From assembly GCA_041645215.1 (NCBI GenBank), contig JBAZQK010000002.1, forward strand, positions 15,435 to 79,434: 64,000 bases of DNA. Direction: 5' to 3'. Positions 29,758 to 39,618 of the stretch are shown one piece after another. The notes beneath the pieces are model-generated. The model was not told the origin of the DNA, searched no databases, and saw only the letters and a program-made list of their open reading frames with translations. Position 1 is the stretch's first letter, and each line of letters begins with the position of its first letter. The stretch is from Patescibacteria group bacterium. Lineage in GTDB: Bacteria > Patescibacteriota > Patescibacteriia > Veblenbacterales > UBA10138. A program made the position numbers and the translations under genes.

Positions 29758-29781
29758 AATATGTACATTTATATATCAAAT

Positions 29782-30222
29782 TTATATGTCAAAACGCATT
29801 TGCGCATCTCCAGAAGTTAGAACTCTGTCATTTTCTGGGTTATTGGTAAAATCTTTTTCTTTATTGAATTCGTTTTGCAAATTTTCAGAATCCAGCTGTG
29901 CGACCACAGATTTAATATCTGCGGCAGATTCAATAGACACCTTAACCGTGGGCCAGGTTGATTTAATGGTATTTATGAACCACTCATCAAGATTGCCCGA
30001 CAAAGCGCGGTCGTAAACCACTATCACCTCCTCTGTTAGCGTATTTTTAAATTGATGCAGGTACGCTCCTGTGCCTTTATCAGCCACTACGTATATACTT
30101 TGAGGGTCATCATTGCCCGACGGGTATTCAATATCAAAGTATTTAAGGCTAAGGGAGACTGGTTTAGGAATAGTTAATTTGTCTTTTAATAAATTTTGGA
30201 TTAAAACCAGAACCTTTTTCAT
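29782..30222 (-). CDS. Hypothetical protein
   Basis: 146-aa ATG ORF ending near the terminator. Confidence 0.6.
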   Translation of the reverse strand: MKKVLVLIQNLLKDKLTIPKPVSLSLKYFDIEYPSGNDDPQSIYVVADKGTGAYLHQFKNTLTEEVIVVYDRALSGNLDEWFINTIKSTWPTVKVSIESAADIKSVVAQLDSENLQNEFNKEKDFTNNPENDRVLTSGDAQMRFDI

Positions 30223-30299
30223 TGTTAATTTCCTTTGTTTGTTTTAGATTTATTTGCCCAAATCTTAGCACAGATTGCTTATTAATTCAAGTATGGCGG

Positions 30300-30328
30300 T
30301 TGACAGAATTTAGAAAATGGTTTACAGT
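30300..30328 (+). promoter_or_regulatory. Sigma70-like promoter for ndk
   Basis: TTGACA-17 bp-TACAGT. Confidence 0.6.
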
Positions 30329-30359
30329 GGTATGCTAAAAACAAAAAGGTTATTTAAAA

Positions 30360-30791
30360 ATGGAAAAGTCAGTCTTTATTATTAAGCCTGATGCCATGAA
30401 ACGTTCTAGAAAAGTTAAGAATGTTTTGCTTCGGGCCGGGCTTAAGATTGTCAGCAGTAAAAAAATTCGACTTACCCCAAAAATGATTGATAGATTTTAT
30501 GATAATTTACGTCACAAAAGATCTATCCGTCAAGCTACTATGGATTATTTGTTGAATAAAACAGTGGAAATTGGAGTAGTAGAAGGTAAGTCAGCTATAT
30601 TGCGTTTAGTCGCTGTTTGCGGCCAGTGGACTAATCCGAAAAAATGCGAACCTAATACTATTAGGGCGCTACTTGGCGGTAAACAAGGCAAAAGAATTAA
30701 CCGCAGTTATACTTTTTGGCGGAATGCCATACATCGCTCGCGTAACAAAAGTGAGGCCAAAAGAGATCTTAAAATATTTTATACCATCTAA
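30360..30791 (+). CDS. ndk: Nucleoside diphosphate kinase (divergent)
   Basis: IIKPDA, TNPKKCEPNTIR and NAIHRS motifs. Confidence 0.85.
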   Translation: MEKSVFIIKPDAMKRSRKVKNVLLRAGLKIVSSKKIRLTPKMIDRFYDNLRHKRSIRQATMDYLLNKTVEIGVVEGKSAILRLVAVCGQWTNPKKCEPNTIRALLGGKQGKRINRSYTFWRNAIHRSRNKSEAKRDLKIFYTI

Positions 30792-30793
30792 TA

Positions 30794-30830
30794 CCCAAGC
30801 AAAATTTGTTAAATCAAGCTTGGGTTTTTT
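30794..30830. terminator. Intrinsic terminator
   Basis: ACCCAAGC...GCTTGGGT followed by a T-tract. Confidence 0.6.
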
Positions 30831-30857
30831 ATAGATGAAAAATAGTTGGGTAGGTTT

Positions 30858-32060
30858 TTAGGGCAGATAATCCAACGGGTTGATTGGTATGCCGTTGGCG
30901 CGCAATTCAAAATGCAAATGCGGACCAGTGGTTAATGATCCGGCGCCACGGGTGCCGGGCGTGCCCCCCACCGCGCCAATTACTTGTCCTTTGGCAACGT
31001 AAGTATCCTCGGTCACATCAATACGGCTGACGTGTCCATAGACACTGGCAAAACCGTCTTTGTGGATTATCATAATGTAGCTGTAACCTAAGCCCGCGTC
31101 TTTAGCTCGCGCGACATAGCCGGCCGCGGCCGCTTTAATCGCGCTACCTTGAGGTTGGGGAATGTCTATGCCCGGATGTTCAAAATAACGGCGAAAGATA
31201 TAGTTGGGATCGTTAAAATAGGTTGATATGCCCTTATAAGGTTTAACTGACCAAATAAAGTTGGTATCAAGCTGATCAAGCCGGCCGCCCAATTGCAAGC
31301 GTTGCCGAACTTCCTGCTCCATTTTTCTGATGTCGCTATTGGCTCTCTCCTGCTCCAAAATTGTTTGCTGCAATAGTGACTGGTACTTGCTTTCCGACAA
31401 TTTAGTTTGACGCAGTAACGACTCCTTAGTATCTTGCTGAGCCGAAAATTGAGAACGCGCTGTCTCCAGTTCGGTTTTAACCTTAAGCAACTGGCTGCGA
31501 TAATTACCTAAATCTTGTTGACGGTGTTCCAGTTGAACTTTGGCTGACTGAACGTTATTTATATTAAGCTGGAGCGTCCGTTGCAGTTCGGCTAGATAAT
31601 TTAACTCCTCAAAATACTGCCCTAACGAGTTATTTAAGGCAATAACTTCTAAAATGCCGCGCTGATCCGACCGATTCAACTGGCGCAATATTTCGCTGAT
31701 TTTAATTTTTTTGTCGCTGAGGTCGCGTTCTTTGCCGCCGATATCAAGGCTGACTGCTTGTATTTCCAAACTTACGGTATTCAAATTAAGCTCTTTGGTT
31801 TTAATATCCAGCTCGGCCCGGGCAATTTGATCATCTAAAATATTTAATTGTTTTTTTAAAGTTGAGGCTTGAGCTTGCTTTTGGGCAATGGCGTTTTGAT
31901 AAGCGTCCATTTGTTTTTTTAAGTCGCTAATTTTATCCTGCTTTTGCTGAATCTGATTTTTCAAATCATCAATTGAGACAGCCTTAACGTCGGGCGTCAG
32001 ATAAAAGCTTACCAAAGCCAAAACAAAAAATACCGCTGCCATTTTGGTTAATTTAATCAT
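30858..32060 (-). CDS. Coiled-coil M23 peptidase (EnvC/CwlO-like)
   Basis: Signal peptide, long coiled coil, HPGID and HLH motifs. Confidence 0.92.
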   Translation of the reverse strand: MIKLTKMAAVFFVLALVSFYLTPDVKAVSIDDLKNQIQQKQDKISDLKKQMDAYQNAIAQKQAQASTLKKQLNILDDQIARAELDIKTKELNLNTVSLEIQAVSLDIGGKERDLSDKKIKISEILRQLNRSDQRGILEVIALNNSLGQYFEELNYLAELQRTLQLNINNVQSAKVQLEHRQQDLGNYRSQLLKVKTELETARSQFSAQQDTKESLLRQTKLSESKYQSLLQQTILEQERANSDIRKMEQEVRQRLQLGGRLDQLDTNFIWSVKPYKGISTYFNDPNYIFRRYFEHPGIDIPQPQGSAIKAAAAGYVARAKDAGLGYSYIMIIHKDGFASVYGHVSRIDVTEDTYVAKGQVIGAVGGTPGTRGAGSLTTGPHLHFELRANGIPINPLDYLP

Positions 32061-33505
32061 GATAAGACGCCGTGAGCCATTGTCAGACGGCGGGTGGCCT
32101 CTTCTTGGCCTAAGGCAAATAATAAACTAGGGACATCGGGTGATTGTTTTTCCCCGCTTAGCGCCACTCGCACCGGCCACAAAAATTCTTGATTGGTAAA
32201 CTGGTTAGCTTGTTTAATTTGCTCAAGCCGCTTTTGAATGTTGCTTAAACTCCACTCCCCCAGCGCCGCCGTTGAATTTAGCATTGTCTGAATAGCAATT
32301 AATGTTTTACCGGCTGAACCGTCGGGCGGAATTAACAGCCCCGACGAGGGCGCCGCATCAGCTTTAAAAAACCAGACCGCCGAATTATTGACATCGCCTA
32401 AAATCACCAAGCGCGGCTGCAAAATTTGCGTTAAGTTAATGGTGTCTTGGCGACCGCAACCGTATTGTTGGCCGAGTTTAAGATAAAATGGCTTAAGCAG
32501 ATTATTCAATTCAAGCACCGGCAAATTCTTGATGTAGGCGCTGTTAAACCAATTCAGCTTAGTTATATCAAAAATCGCCCCGGCTTTTTGGACACGCTCA
32601 AGATTGAACGTTTTAATTAAATCGGCGGTGGAAAATATTTCCTGATTATCAACCGGATGCCAGCCCAGTAGCGCCAAAAAATTAACCAACGCCGCCGGCA
32701 GGTAACCTTGCTCAATATAGGTGGCGAGCCAAACTGATGCGCCGTCTTTTCGTTTGGATAGCTTGGCGCGATTGGCATTAAGCACGTTTGACAGGTGAGC
32801 AAATTTCGGAATATCCCAGCCCAAAGCTTGATAAATAATAATGTGTTTAACAGTTGACGGCAGCCACTCCTCGCCTCTTATAATATGGCTTATTTGCATT
32901 AAGTGATCATCCACTACGTTAGCCAAATGATAAGTCGGGTAGCCGTCTGATTTTAACAAAACTTGTTCATCCACTGTTTTATTAGCTATCGTCATTGGGC
33001 CGCGCACTATATCATTGAATTCAGTGTGGCCGGCGGGAATTCGTAAACGAACCACGTTAACTTCGGCCCGGTTAATTTTAGCCGTGATGGCGCGGTGTGA
33101 TAAATTGGCACACTTACCGTCATAGCGGGTAGGCAGAGAGTTGCTTTGCTGTTGTGTTCTCAATTCTGTAAGTCGCTCAGCGGAACAAAAACAATAATAA
33201 GCCGCGCCTTTAGCAATCAGTTCGCTGGCATATGCTTTGTATAACTTGGTTCGGTCGGACTGGACATAGGGCCCATATTTACCCCCAACATCAGGACCTT
33301 CATCCCAGGATAAACCCAGCCATTTCAGCCCGTTAAGTATTCTTTCAAGGCTACCCTCAACCAGGCGCGTCTGATCCGTATCTTCAATGCGAATCACAAA
33401 TTGACCCTGGTGCTGGCGGGCAAATAAAAAATTATACAGCGCGGTGCGGGCGCCGCCGATATGTAGTTCTCCGGTTGGCGAGGGGGCAAATCTAACTCTT
33501 ACCAT
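32057..33505 (-). CDS. gltX: Glutamyl-tRNA synthetase
   Basis: RFAPSPTG.HIGG and KLSKR motifs. Confidence 0.97.
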   Translation of the reverse strand: MVRVRFAPSPTGELHIGGARTALYNFLFARQHQGQFVIRIEDTDQTRLVEGSLERILNGLKWLGLSWDEGPDVGGKYGPYVQSDRTKLYKAYASELIAKGAAYYCFCSAERLTELRTQQQSNSLPTRYDGKCANLSHRAITAKINRAEVNVVRLRIPAGHTEFNDIVRGPMTIANKTVDEQVLLKSDGYPTYHLANVVDDHLMQISHIIRGEEWLPSTVKHIIIYQALGWDIPKFAHLSNVLNANRAKLSKRKDGASVWLATYIEQGYLPAALVNFLALLGWHPVDNQEIFSTADLIKTFNLERVQKAGAIFDITKLNWFNSAYIKNLPVLELNNLLKPFYLKLGQQYGCGRQDTINLTQILQPRLVILGDVNNSAVWFFKADAAPSSGLLIPPDGSAGKTLIAIQTMLNSTAALGEWSLSNIQKRLEQIKQANQFTNQEFLWPVRVALSGEKQSPDVPSLLFALGQEEATRRLTMAHGVLS

Positions 33506-33543
33506 AAAATAACTATAAGTTAATAATAACGACTTACGCGTTT

Positions 33544-33649
33544 GTCATCCTGCTTGCCCCGCCAACGGCGGTGGCTTGCCCCGCATTTGCGGAGGAACCA
33601 CAGTACTAGAAACTTCGTTTCAGTACATGGCAGGTTTATTTCAGGATCT
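33544..33649. repeat. Nested palindromic repeat cluster
   Basis: GTCATCCTG...TTTATTTCAGGATCT shell holding two CTTGCCCCG hairpins and a third insert. Confidence 0.7.
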
Positions 33650-33731
33650 CGGCATTGTTAAAAAATGCTTAGAAAGCCTTCATTTAGTATCAACCTCGGT
33701 AAATCCTGTATTAATAATAACAAACTGCGGT

Positions 33732-34721
33732 TCAAGAGGCTAATCCGAGTCGTTTAATTTCAGCGAGAGCGATTTTTCCTACTTCGCGTCGCACTGGTGT
33801 TAATAATTTCAGCATATCTGAATGTTTAACCCATTTTAACGCCATAATTTCGCGGGCGTCAGGTTTGAGCGCGGAATAATTATTGGCTATCATTACGACA
33901 GCTAAACTTTGTTCCTGTCCGATAAAAGCACTCTTGGATTTGTCGGTCCCCTCGCGGCGCAGTTGGGCTGGCCAACGGTAGCGATGAATGCGATCCTTAA
34001 TTGACAGTATTTGAAAATTATTCAAATCCAACTCTTCTTTTAGTTCGCGACTTACCGCCTGCGCGGTAGTTTCAGCTGGTTCAATACCACCTTGCGGCAG
34101 CTGCCAAAGATTTGATTTGGATAAAGGATGTTTAACCAGCAACACCTGACTATTGTGGTTAACTAAACAAATAACTACATTAGCTCTAAATTTTACCGGA
34201 TTGGGCGCTAGCTTAAAATTCTTAAGAGTTTCATAAGTCGGGCCGCTAGCCGCTAAAGCACTATTAATAAGTTCTACGTTTGTAACCAGGAAGGAGTCAG
34301 TGAATTGAAAATTGAACGGATTTGACTTGGTTGATTTTGAACTCAAACGAATTACGGTAAGGTGTGGTTGATTGGCTGATGTATTTATTTTTAAATTGAG
34401 CAAGGCTAATTTTAACTTATACTGCAAATTGCTAAAGGCGGCAGAATCTTTGATATTAATTATCCCCAGTCGTGGTTGATTAACCGGCAGCCAACCGAAT
34501 TGACCAACGGTTAGGCTGAACTGGGGTATTAATTTTACGGTTTTGTCAATGGCCTTGGCTACGGCCGGCAATAAATCAGCCTTAATCTCGCCTAAAAAAT
34601 TAACCGTCAGGTGAATTTGTTCCGGTTTAACGGGCCGACCGGGCAGATTGACGGTGGTTGAAAAATCTAACCACGACTTAATTAGCCGCGGGGGCGGTAT
34701 AATAGCAATAAATAAGCGCAT
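33732..34721 (-). CDS. 2H phosphoesterase (ThpR/LigT) fused to an RppH-like Nudix domain
   Basis: MRLFIAI, two HLTV motifs, then FRANV..., WQLPQGG...RELKEEL and GQEQ. Confidence 0.85.
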   Translation of the reverse strand: MRLFIAIIPPPRLIKSWLDFSTTVNLPGRPVKPEQIHLTVNFLGEIKADLLPAVAKAIDKTVKLIPQFSLTVGQFGWLPVNQPRLGIINIKDSAAFSNLQYKLKLALLNLKINTSANQPHLTVIRLSSKSTKSNPFNFQFTDSFLVTNVELINSALAASGPTYETLKNFKLAPNPVKFRANVVICLVNHNSQVLLVKHPLSKSNLWQLPQGGIEPAETTAQAVSRELKEELDLNNFQILSIKDRIHRYRWPAQLRREGTDKSKSAFIGQEQSLAVVMIANNYSALKPDAREIMALKWVKHSDMLKLLTPVRREVGKIALAEIKRLGLAS

Positions 34722-34830
34722 AAGATTGATATAATTATAACATTTTTGAGCAGGCCCGGCTAATAAAAAATGCCCTTGGAATTATAGATTTATTCCAACG
34801 GCATGATAATGATTTGTTTGGCGACTATTC

Positions 34831-35415
34831 TCAATTGTTGAGATAGCTAAGCAGTTTTTCTACTTCCTTGTCTTGTTCTGGAGCAGAGCCAACAAGCCAC
34901 GGGGTGATTTCAAAATTTTTCTTAATCATCTGGACGACTAAGGCATAACTGTTATTGCCGGACAGTTTTTTGGCTAAAGGCAGCAGTCTGTTTTTAATTA
35001 CACAATTGGCTCTTGGGTCAATCAAGACTGGATTCATGGACAGGTTGACCAGCGCCAGCATGCACTTATCGATCTTACTTTCAATTTTAATAAGATCGTT
35101 GATTTTATTAAAGATAGCGTCTATTTTATGGATTAATCTGAATCCTATTACACCAGTAGTATTATCTTTATACTTAACTTTAATAACAAACGGTGTGGCG
35201 CGCTGGATCAGTTGTTTGGTAAACAACGCCATCGTTTCTTCAAACTCTGGGGTAGGAAATTCAGCATCAATCTTGCCATTGTCTTCGCATTCTTCAACAA
35301 TAATCGTATCCTGGTCTATTTTTATGCAGCGAAATAGTGGAATATTGTGTTTATTCTCGAGGAAATATTCTTCTATAAATAAACACAGCGCTTCTGCTTG
35401 TCTGGTTACGTCCAT
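34831..35415 (-). CDS. Hypothetical protein
   Basis: 194-aa ORF with an upstream AAGGAG ribosome-binding site. Confidence 0.65.
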   Translation of the reverse strand: MDVTRQAEALCLFIEEYFLENKHNIPLFRCIKIDQDTIIVEECEDNGKIDAEFPTPEFEETMALFTKQLIQRATPFVIKVKYKDNTTGVIGFRLIHKIDAIFNKINDLIKIESKIDKCMLALVNLSMNPVLIDPRANCVIKNRLLPLAKKLSGNNSYALVVQMIKKNFEITPWLVGSAPEQDKEVEKLLSYLNN

Positions 35416-35574
35416 GGCATTTCTCCTTGGTTTTCGTGTTATTTTTAGCCTATTTGTTAGGGGCCGAAAAAAATTATTTAGATAAACTAGATTGTTAAAG
35501 AAAAGGTAAGTTTATATCTCGAAGGGTCAATTGTCAAGTTGTGCAGCCGCTTAATTTGTGTTAAAATAATTTAT

Positions 35575-36972
35575 ATGTTTAAGCGTATAAAGCGCCTCTT
35601 TTTTATGTTAATCAGCGCCGTCTGGTTCACCAGCGCTACCTTGTGGCCGTTATTTTCCATATCAGCTCAAACTGATTTTAATTACAATTATATTTTGTCC
35701 GACAATGATATACTGGATTATCAAACAATGACGCCGGCTGAAATCCAGAATTTTTTGTTGTCAAAAAACAGCCCCTTGGCAAACTATTATGATTCAATAA
35801 CTAACTGGCGGGCTGACAAAATCATTTATCAATCGTCGCAGGATTGGCAAATAAATCCCAAGTTTTTGCTGGCGCTAATGCAAAAAGAGCAAAGTTTAAT
35901 TGATAATTCCACACCGGTGCAAACTAATTTTGATTGGGCTACGGGTTATGCGGTTTGCGACGATTGCAGTTATGATGACCTTTTAATTCAGAAATTTAAA
36001 GGTTTTTATAATCAGGTTTATAACGCCGCTAAAAAAATCCGATTAGGATATTTACCGGATTTGGACAAAAATGGTAAAACCAGCTCTGGTTTTGGGCCTG
36101 GTTTAGCTAAACAAGTGGATAACATAACGGTCGTGCCGGCTAATCGGGCAACCGCGATATTATATACTTATACGCCGCACTTAAAAGGTAATCGTCTAAT
36201 GTCCTTAGTTTGGAATAAATATTTTATGCGTAGTTATCCTGATGGTACTGTGGTTAATGTTGAGGGCGAGTCAGCGGTTTGGTTAATTGAAAGTGGTTGG
36301 CGCCGTCGTTTTGCCAACAAATCAGTTTATTTATCGCGTTATAATTCGTGGGACAAGGTTATAACCGTCAGCCAAACAGAGTTACTTAAATATCCCGAAG
36401 GCAAGATAATTAAGTTTCCTAACTATTCTTATCTTAGAAATGAACGAGGAACAGTATATTTATTGACTAACGATATGTTGCGCGGATTTAGTTCGAGCTC
36501 CGCCCTGCGCCAAATTGGAATTAATCCCGCCGAAATTGTTAACGTTACTACTGTTGATTTAATTGATTATGCCGAGAGTCAACCAATAACCACTAAGTCA
36601 GTTTACCCCTTAGGGACTTTGGCGCAAGATACTAAAACCGGTGGCGTTTATTGGGTACAAGACGGCGTCAAGCATCCAATTTTCTCGGTGGAAATACTAA
36701 AAGCTAATTTTGGGAAACGTCGAATTAATAAATTTAACGCCAAACAGTTAGCGGAGTATACTACCAGTACGCCGGTTTTATTTCCGGACGGTGAACTGGT
36801 GACGAGTCGCTCTGACAGCGCTGTCTATTTAATATCCAACAAACAGCGCCGCCCGTTTGTGTCGGCCAAGGCGTTTCTCGAGTTAGGGTTTGATTTTAAA
36901 AACGTCATAGTTACCGCTGAATCAGCCATGGGCGTTCATGAATTAGGTCAAATAATTGGTGAAACTTATTAA
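35575..36972 (+). CDS. Secreted cell-surface protein with a lysozyme-like N-terminal domain and C-terminal repeats
   Basis: Signal peptide, INPKFLLALMQKEQSL, LYTYTPH, repeated PDG...VYLI..KRRPF units. Confidence 0.7.
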   Translation: MFKRIKRLFFMLISAVWFTSATLWPLFSISAQTDFNYNYILSDNDILDYQTMTPAEIQNFLLSKNSPLANYYDSITNWRADKIIYQSSQDWQINPKFLLALMQKEQSLIDNSTPVQTNFDWATGYAVCDDCSYDDLLIQKFKGFYNQVYNAAKKIRLGYLPDLDKNGKTSSGFGPGLAKQVDNITVVPANRATAILYTYTPHLKGNRLMSLVWNKYFMRSYPDGTVVNVEGESAVWLIESGWRRRFANKSVYLSRYNSWDKVITVSQTELLKYPEGKIIKFPNYSYLRNERGTVYLLTNDMLRGFSSSSALRQIGINPAEIVNVTTVDLIDYAESQPITTKSVYPLGTLAQDTKTGGVYWVQDGVKHPIFSVEILKANFGKRRINKFNAKQLAEYTTSTPVLFPDGELVTSRSDSAVYLISNKQRRPFVSAKAFLELGFDFKNVIVTAESAMGVHELGQIIGETY

Positions 36973-36975
36973 ATT

Positions 36976-37764
36976 ATGTCTATTGTCGCCGCTGCCATTT
37001 TACCACACTCCCCGCTCTTACTCCCGGGGTTAAACCAGGAAGTTAAGTCGCAAGTAACTAAGACGACGAGGGCGATTGCTGAACTTGGGCATGAGTTATA
37101 CGCTCGGCAAATTGATGTCGTCTTTTTTTTGGCTGCCCCGGGCCAAGGTAATGATCTGCCCAATCAGTTCAGTTTGTTGCCGGGTGCTGTCTTGGCCTAT
37201 TCATTTAGGGAATTTGGTGATTTAAAAACGGTTGGTGAAATTCAGATTGATATTGGCTTGACCCATAAAATTAAAGAACGCTGTGAATCACGTTTGTTAA
37301 TGCCGCTAATTACGGTCAAACAATTGTCTTATACTTTTGCCGTGCCCTGGGCGCTGTTAAGCCAGTTTTTGTTGGGAAAAAAAATCGTTTGTTTACAAAT
37401 ACCGCAATCGGCTAATTTTGATGATATGAGTTGGCTGGCGGAAACAGTTAAAGAAGTAATTGACAATCAGCCTGTTCGCGTAGCTTTGATAGCGGCTGGT
37501 GATTTAGCTCATTATACTCCAACCACTGACAGCAATTCAAGAATTTTTGATCAGTCTTACATAAAAGCGATTAAACTCGGCGCCATTGACAAGCTGTTGA
37601 ATTTAGATATTGAATTGAGAGAACGAGCGCGGGAATGTTTAGTCAATCCCACGATTTTTTTACATACGCTGTTGCGAGCCCATTTACTGCCAGCCGAAGT
37701 TTTATCGTATGCCAATAATCTGGGTACGGGAATGGTGGTGGCGCATTTGCCGGTTAATTCATAA
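36976..37764 (+). CDS. LigB/MEMO-like (AmmeMemoRadiSam B-like) protein
   Basis: PHSPLL and AAGDLAH motifs. Confidence 0.75.
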   Translation: MSIVAAAILPHSPLLLPGLNQEVKSQVTKTTRAIAELGHELYARQIDVVFFLAAPGQGNDLPNQFSLLPGAVLAYSFREFGDLKTVGEIQIDIGLTHKIKERCESRLLMPLITVKQLSYTFAVPWALLSQFLLGKKIVCLQIPQSANFDDMSWLAETVKEVIDNQPVRVALIAAGDLAHYTPTTDSNSRIFDQSYIKAIKLGAIDKLLNLDIELRERARECLVNPTIFLHTLLRAHLLPAEVLSYANNLGTGMVVAHLPVNS

Positions 37765-37767
37765 TTA

Positions 37768-39618
37768 ATGGATCAAGCGAATAAAATTATTGAAGTTATT
37801 CCGCTGGTACGCCTGCCGCGTCATCAGCAGTTTTTTGATTATTCAGTGCCGGTTGAACTTAAACTTGAGCCAAGTATTGGTGATTTGGTAACCGTTCCGT
37901 GGCGCCGTCAAATTGTAGACGGCGTGGTGGTTGGCATTAAAAAACACTCAACCCTCAAAATAAAACTAAAAAATTTGCAAGCCATAGTGTTTAAAAATTA
38001 TATGCCCATAACCCAACTAAAGTTAGTCAAATGGGTAGCTGAATATTATGGAGTAGCTTTGAGTTCGGCCTTGCAGTTGGCTCTGCCCGTATTGCCCAAT
38101 AGGCGTTATCAACCAAACCTGAACATTTATAACGGTGTTGTAAAAAAAATTAAACCAAGTCGGCCTTATATTTTTGCCGGTGGCAGTGCCGGCGAACAAA
38201 CCACTGTAACCGCCTCGCTCATAAAAAAAGTTTTGCGGCGGCGGCAACAAGTTTTAGTTTTGGTTCCAACCAAATTTGAATTACGGGTTTGGCAACAACG
38301 GCTAGCTGATTATCCGGTCATTATATTTTCGCCGTCCTATAAAATAACCGAACAACGCGCGGTTTGGGAAGCCTGCCGATCAGGCCGCCCCGCCGTTATT
38401 ATTGGTTTGCGGTCGGCCTTATTTTTACCTTATGTTAATTTAGGCGGCATTATTATGACTTCGGCCGATGACGCAAGTTATAAACAATGGGATCAAAATC
38501 CCCGTTATCATGGCCTGGCGGTGGCCCGACAGCTTAGCCAGCTGACTGGAACTGGTCTGGCATTAATATCAGCGGCGCCGAGCGTGGAATTATGGCAGGC
38601 GGCTAACGCTGGCAATTTAATCTGGCGAAATTTAGCAGCCCCCGCGACTAAATTTACTTTAATTGATATGATAAAAAATCGAGCCGGCGGCGATAGCGGA
38701 GTTATTTCTAAATTATTGTGGCAAGCTATAAAACTAAAATTAGACCGAGGTGATAAAGTTTTTTTGTATCTTAACCGGCGCGGAACGGCCACGGCAGTTT
38801 TATGCCCTGATTGCGGTTTTGTTCCCATTTGTTTGGTTTGCCAACGTAATTTAGTGTGGGCGGAAAACTTAAAAAAATTATTTTGTTTTCATTGCAATGT
38901 TGGTCAGGATTTAATTATTCCTTGCGTTAAGTGCGGTGGTAGCAAGGTTGATTACAAAGGTATCGGTTTGGACCGATTAAATCAGGAAATTATCAGACTG
39001 TTGCCTGATTACCAGCCATTAATTATTGAGGGTGATGTCACAGACGCCGAAGTTAATCTTGAACATCATAATTTAATAATTGGCAGTCAAGCGGCCTGGT
39101 CAAAATTAGCTTGGTCGGACATTTCTTTAGTTGCTTTGGTGGCGCCCGATGGCGAGATGACTGTGCCCGAGTTCAGATCAACCGAAGAAGTTTGGCAAAA
39201 AATCAGGCGGCTGTTAAATTATAATGTGGAAGTTGTCGTCCAAACTTATCGGGCTGATAACCATATTTGGAAAAGTTTTTTAAAAAAGGATATGACCGTA
39301 TATTATAAAGCGGAATTGGAATTAAGAGAGAAATACGGCTATCCGCCGGCGGTGGAGTTGGCGCGCTTCACTTTTCAAAATCAGAATCAAGTTGAGGCTA
39401 AAAAACAGGCGCTTAAGGCCCGACAATCGTTAATGGCGGTGTTACCGGCGCAGTCTAGCTTATCCCCCGTTTATGTGGATTATTATCAAAGCGCGCGCGG
39501 GCGGTATCGCTATCATATCTTGCTTAAATATCAGTTTGGCACTAAAATCAATCAATTGTGGCAAGTTTTACCAACAGCGGCCATAATAGACCGTCAGCCG
39601 TTAACGGTTTTAAGTTGA
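37768..39618 (+). CDS. priA: Primosomal protein N' (PriA) with degenerate helicase motifs
   Basis: FDYSVP, YKQ...PRYH, LNRRG, four CxxC pairs and YPP motifs. Confidence 0.9.
   Translation: MDQANKIIEVIPLVRLPRHQQFFDYSVPVELKLEPSIGDLVTVPWRRQIVDGVVVGIKKHSTLKIKLKNLQAIVFKNYMPITQLKLVKWVAEYYGVALSSALQLALPVLPNRRYQPNLNIYNGVVKKIKPSRPYIFAGGSAGEQTTVTASLIKKVLRRRQQVLVLVPTKFELRVWQQRLADYPVIIFSPSYKITEQRAVWEACRSGRPAVIIGLRSALFLPYVNLGGIIMTSADDASYKQWDQNPRYHGLAVARQLSQLTGTGLALISAAPSVELWQAANAGNLIWRNLAAPATKFTLIDMIKNRAGGDSGVISKLLWQAIKLKLDRGDKVFLYLNRRGTATAVLCPDCGFVPICLVCQRNLVWAENLKKLFCFHCNVGQDLIIPCVKCGGSKVDYKGIGLDRLNQEIIRLLPDYQPLIIEGDVTDAEVNLEHHNLIIGSQAAWSKLAWSDISLVALVAPDGEMTVPEFRSTEEVWQKIRRLLNYNVEVVVQTYRADNHIWKSFLKKDMTVYYKAELELREKYGYPPAVELARFTFQNQNQVEAKKQALKARQSLMAVLPAQSSLSPVYVDYYQSARGRYRYHILLKYQFGTKINQLWQVLPTAAIIDRQPLTVLS

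Noticed and set aside
34955-35485. 176-aa plus-strand ORF and other antisense ORFs in the track
   Set aside because: They are shadows of better-supported genes on the opposite strand or in another frame.
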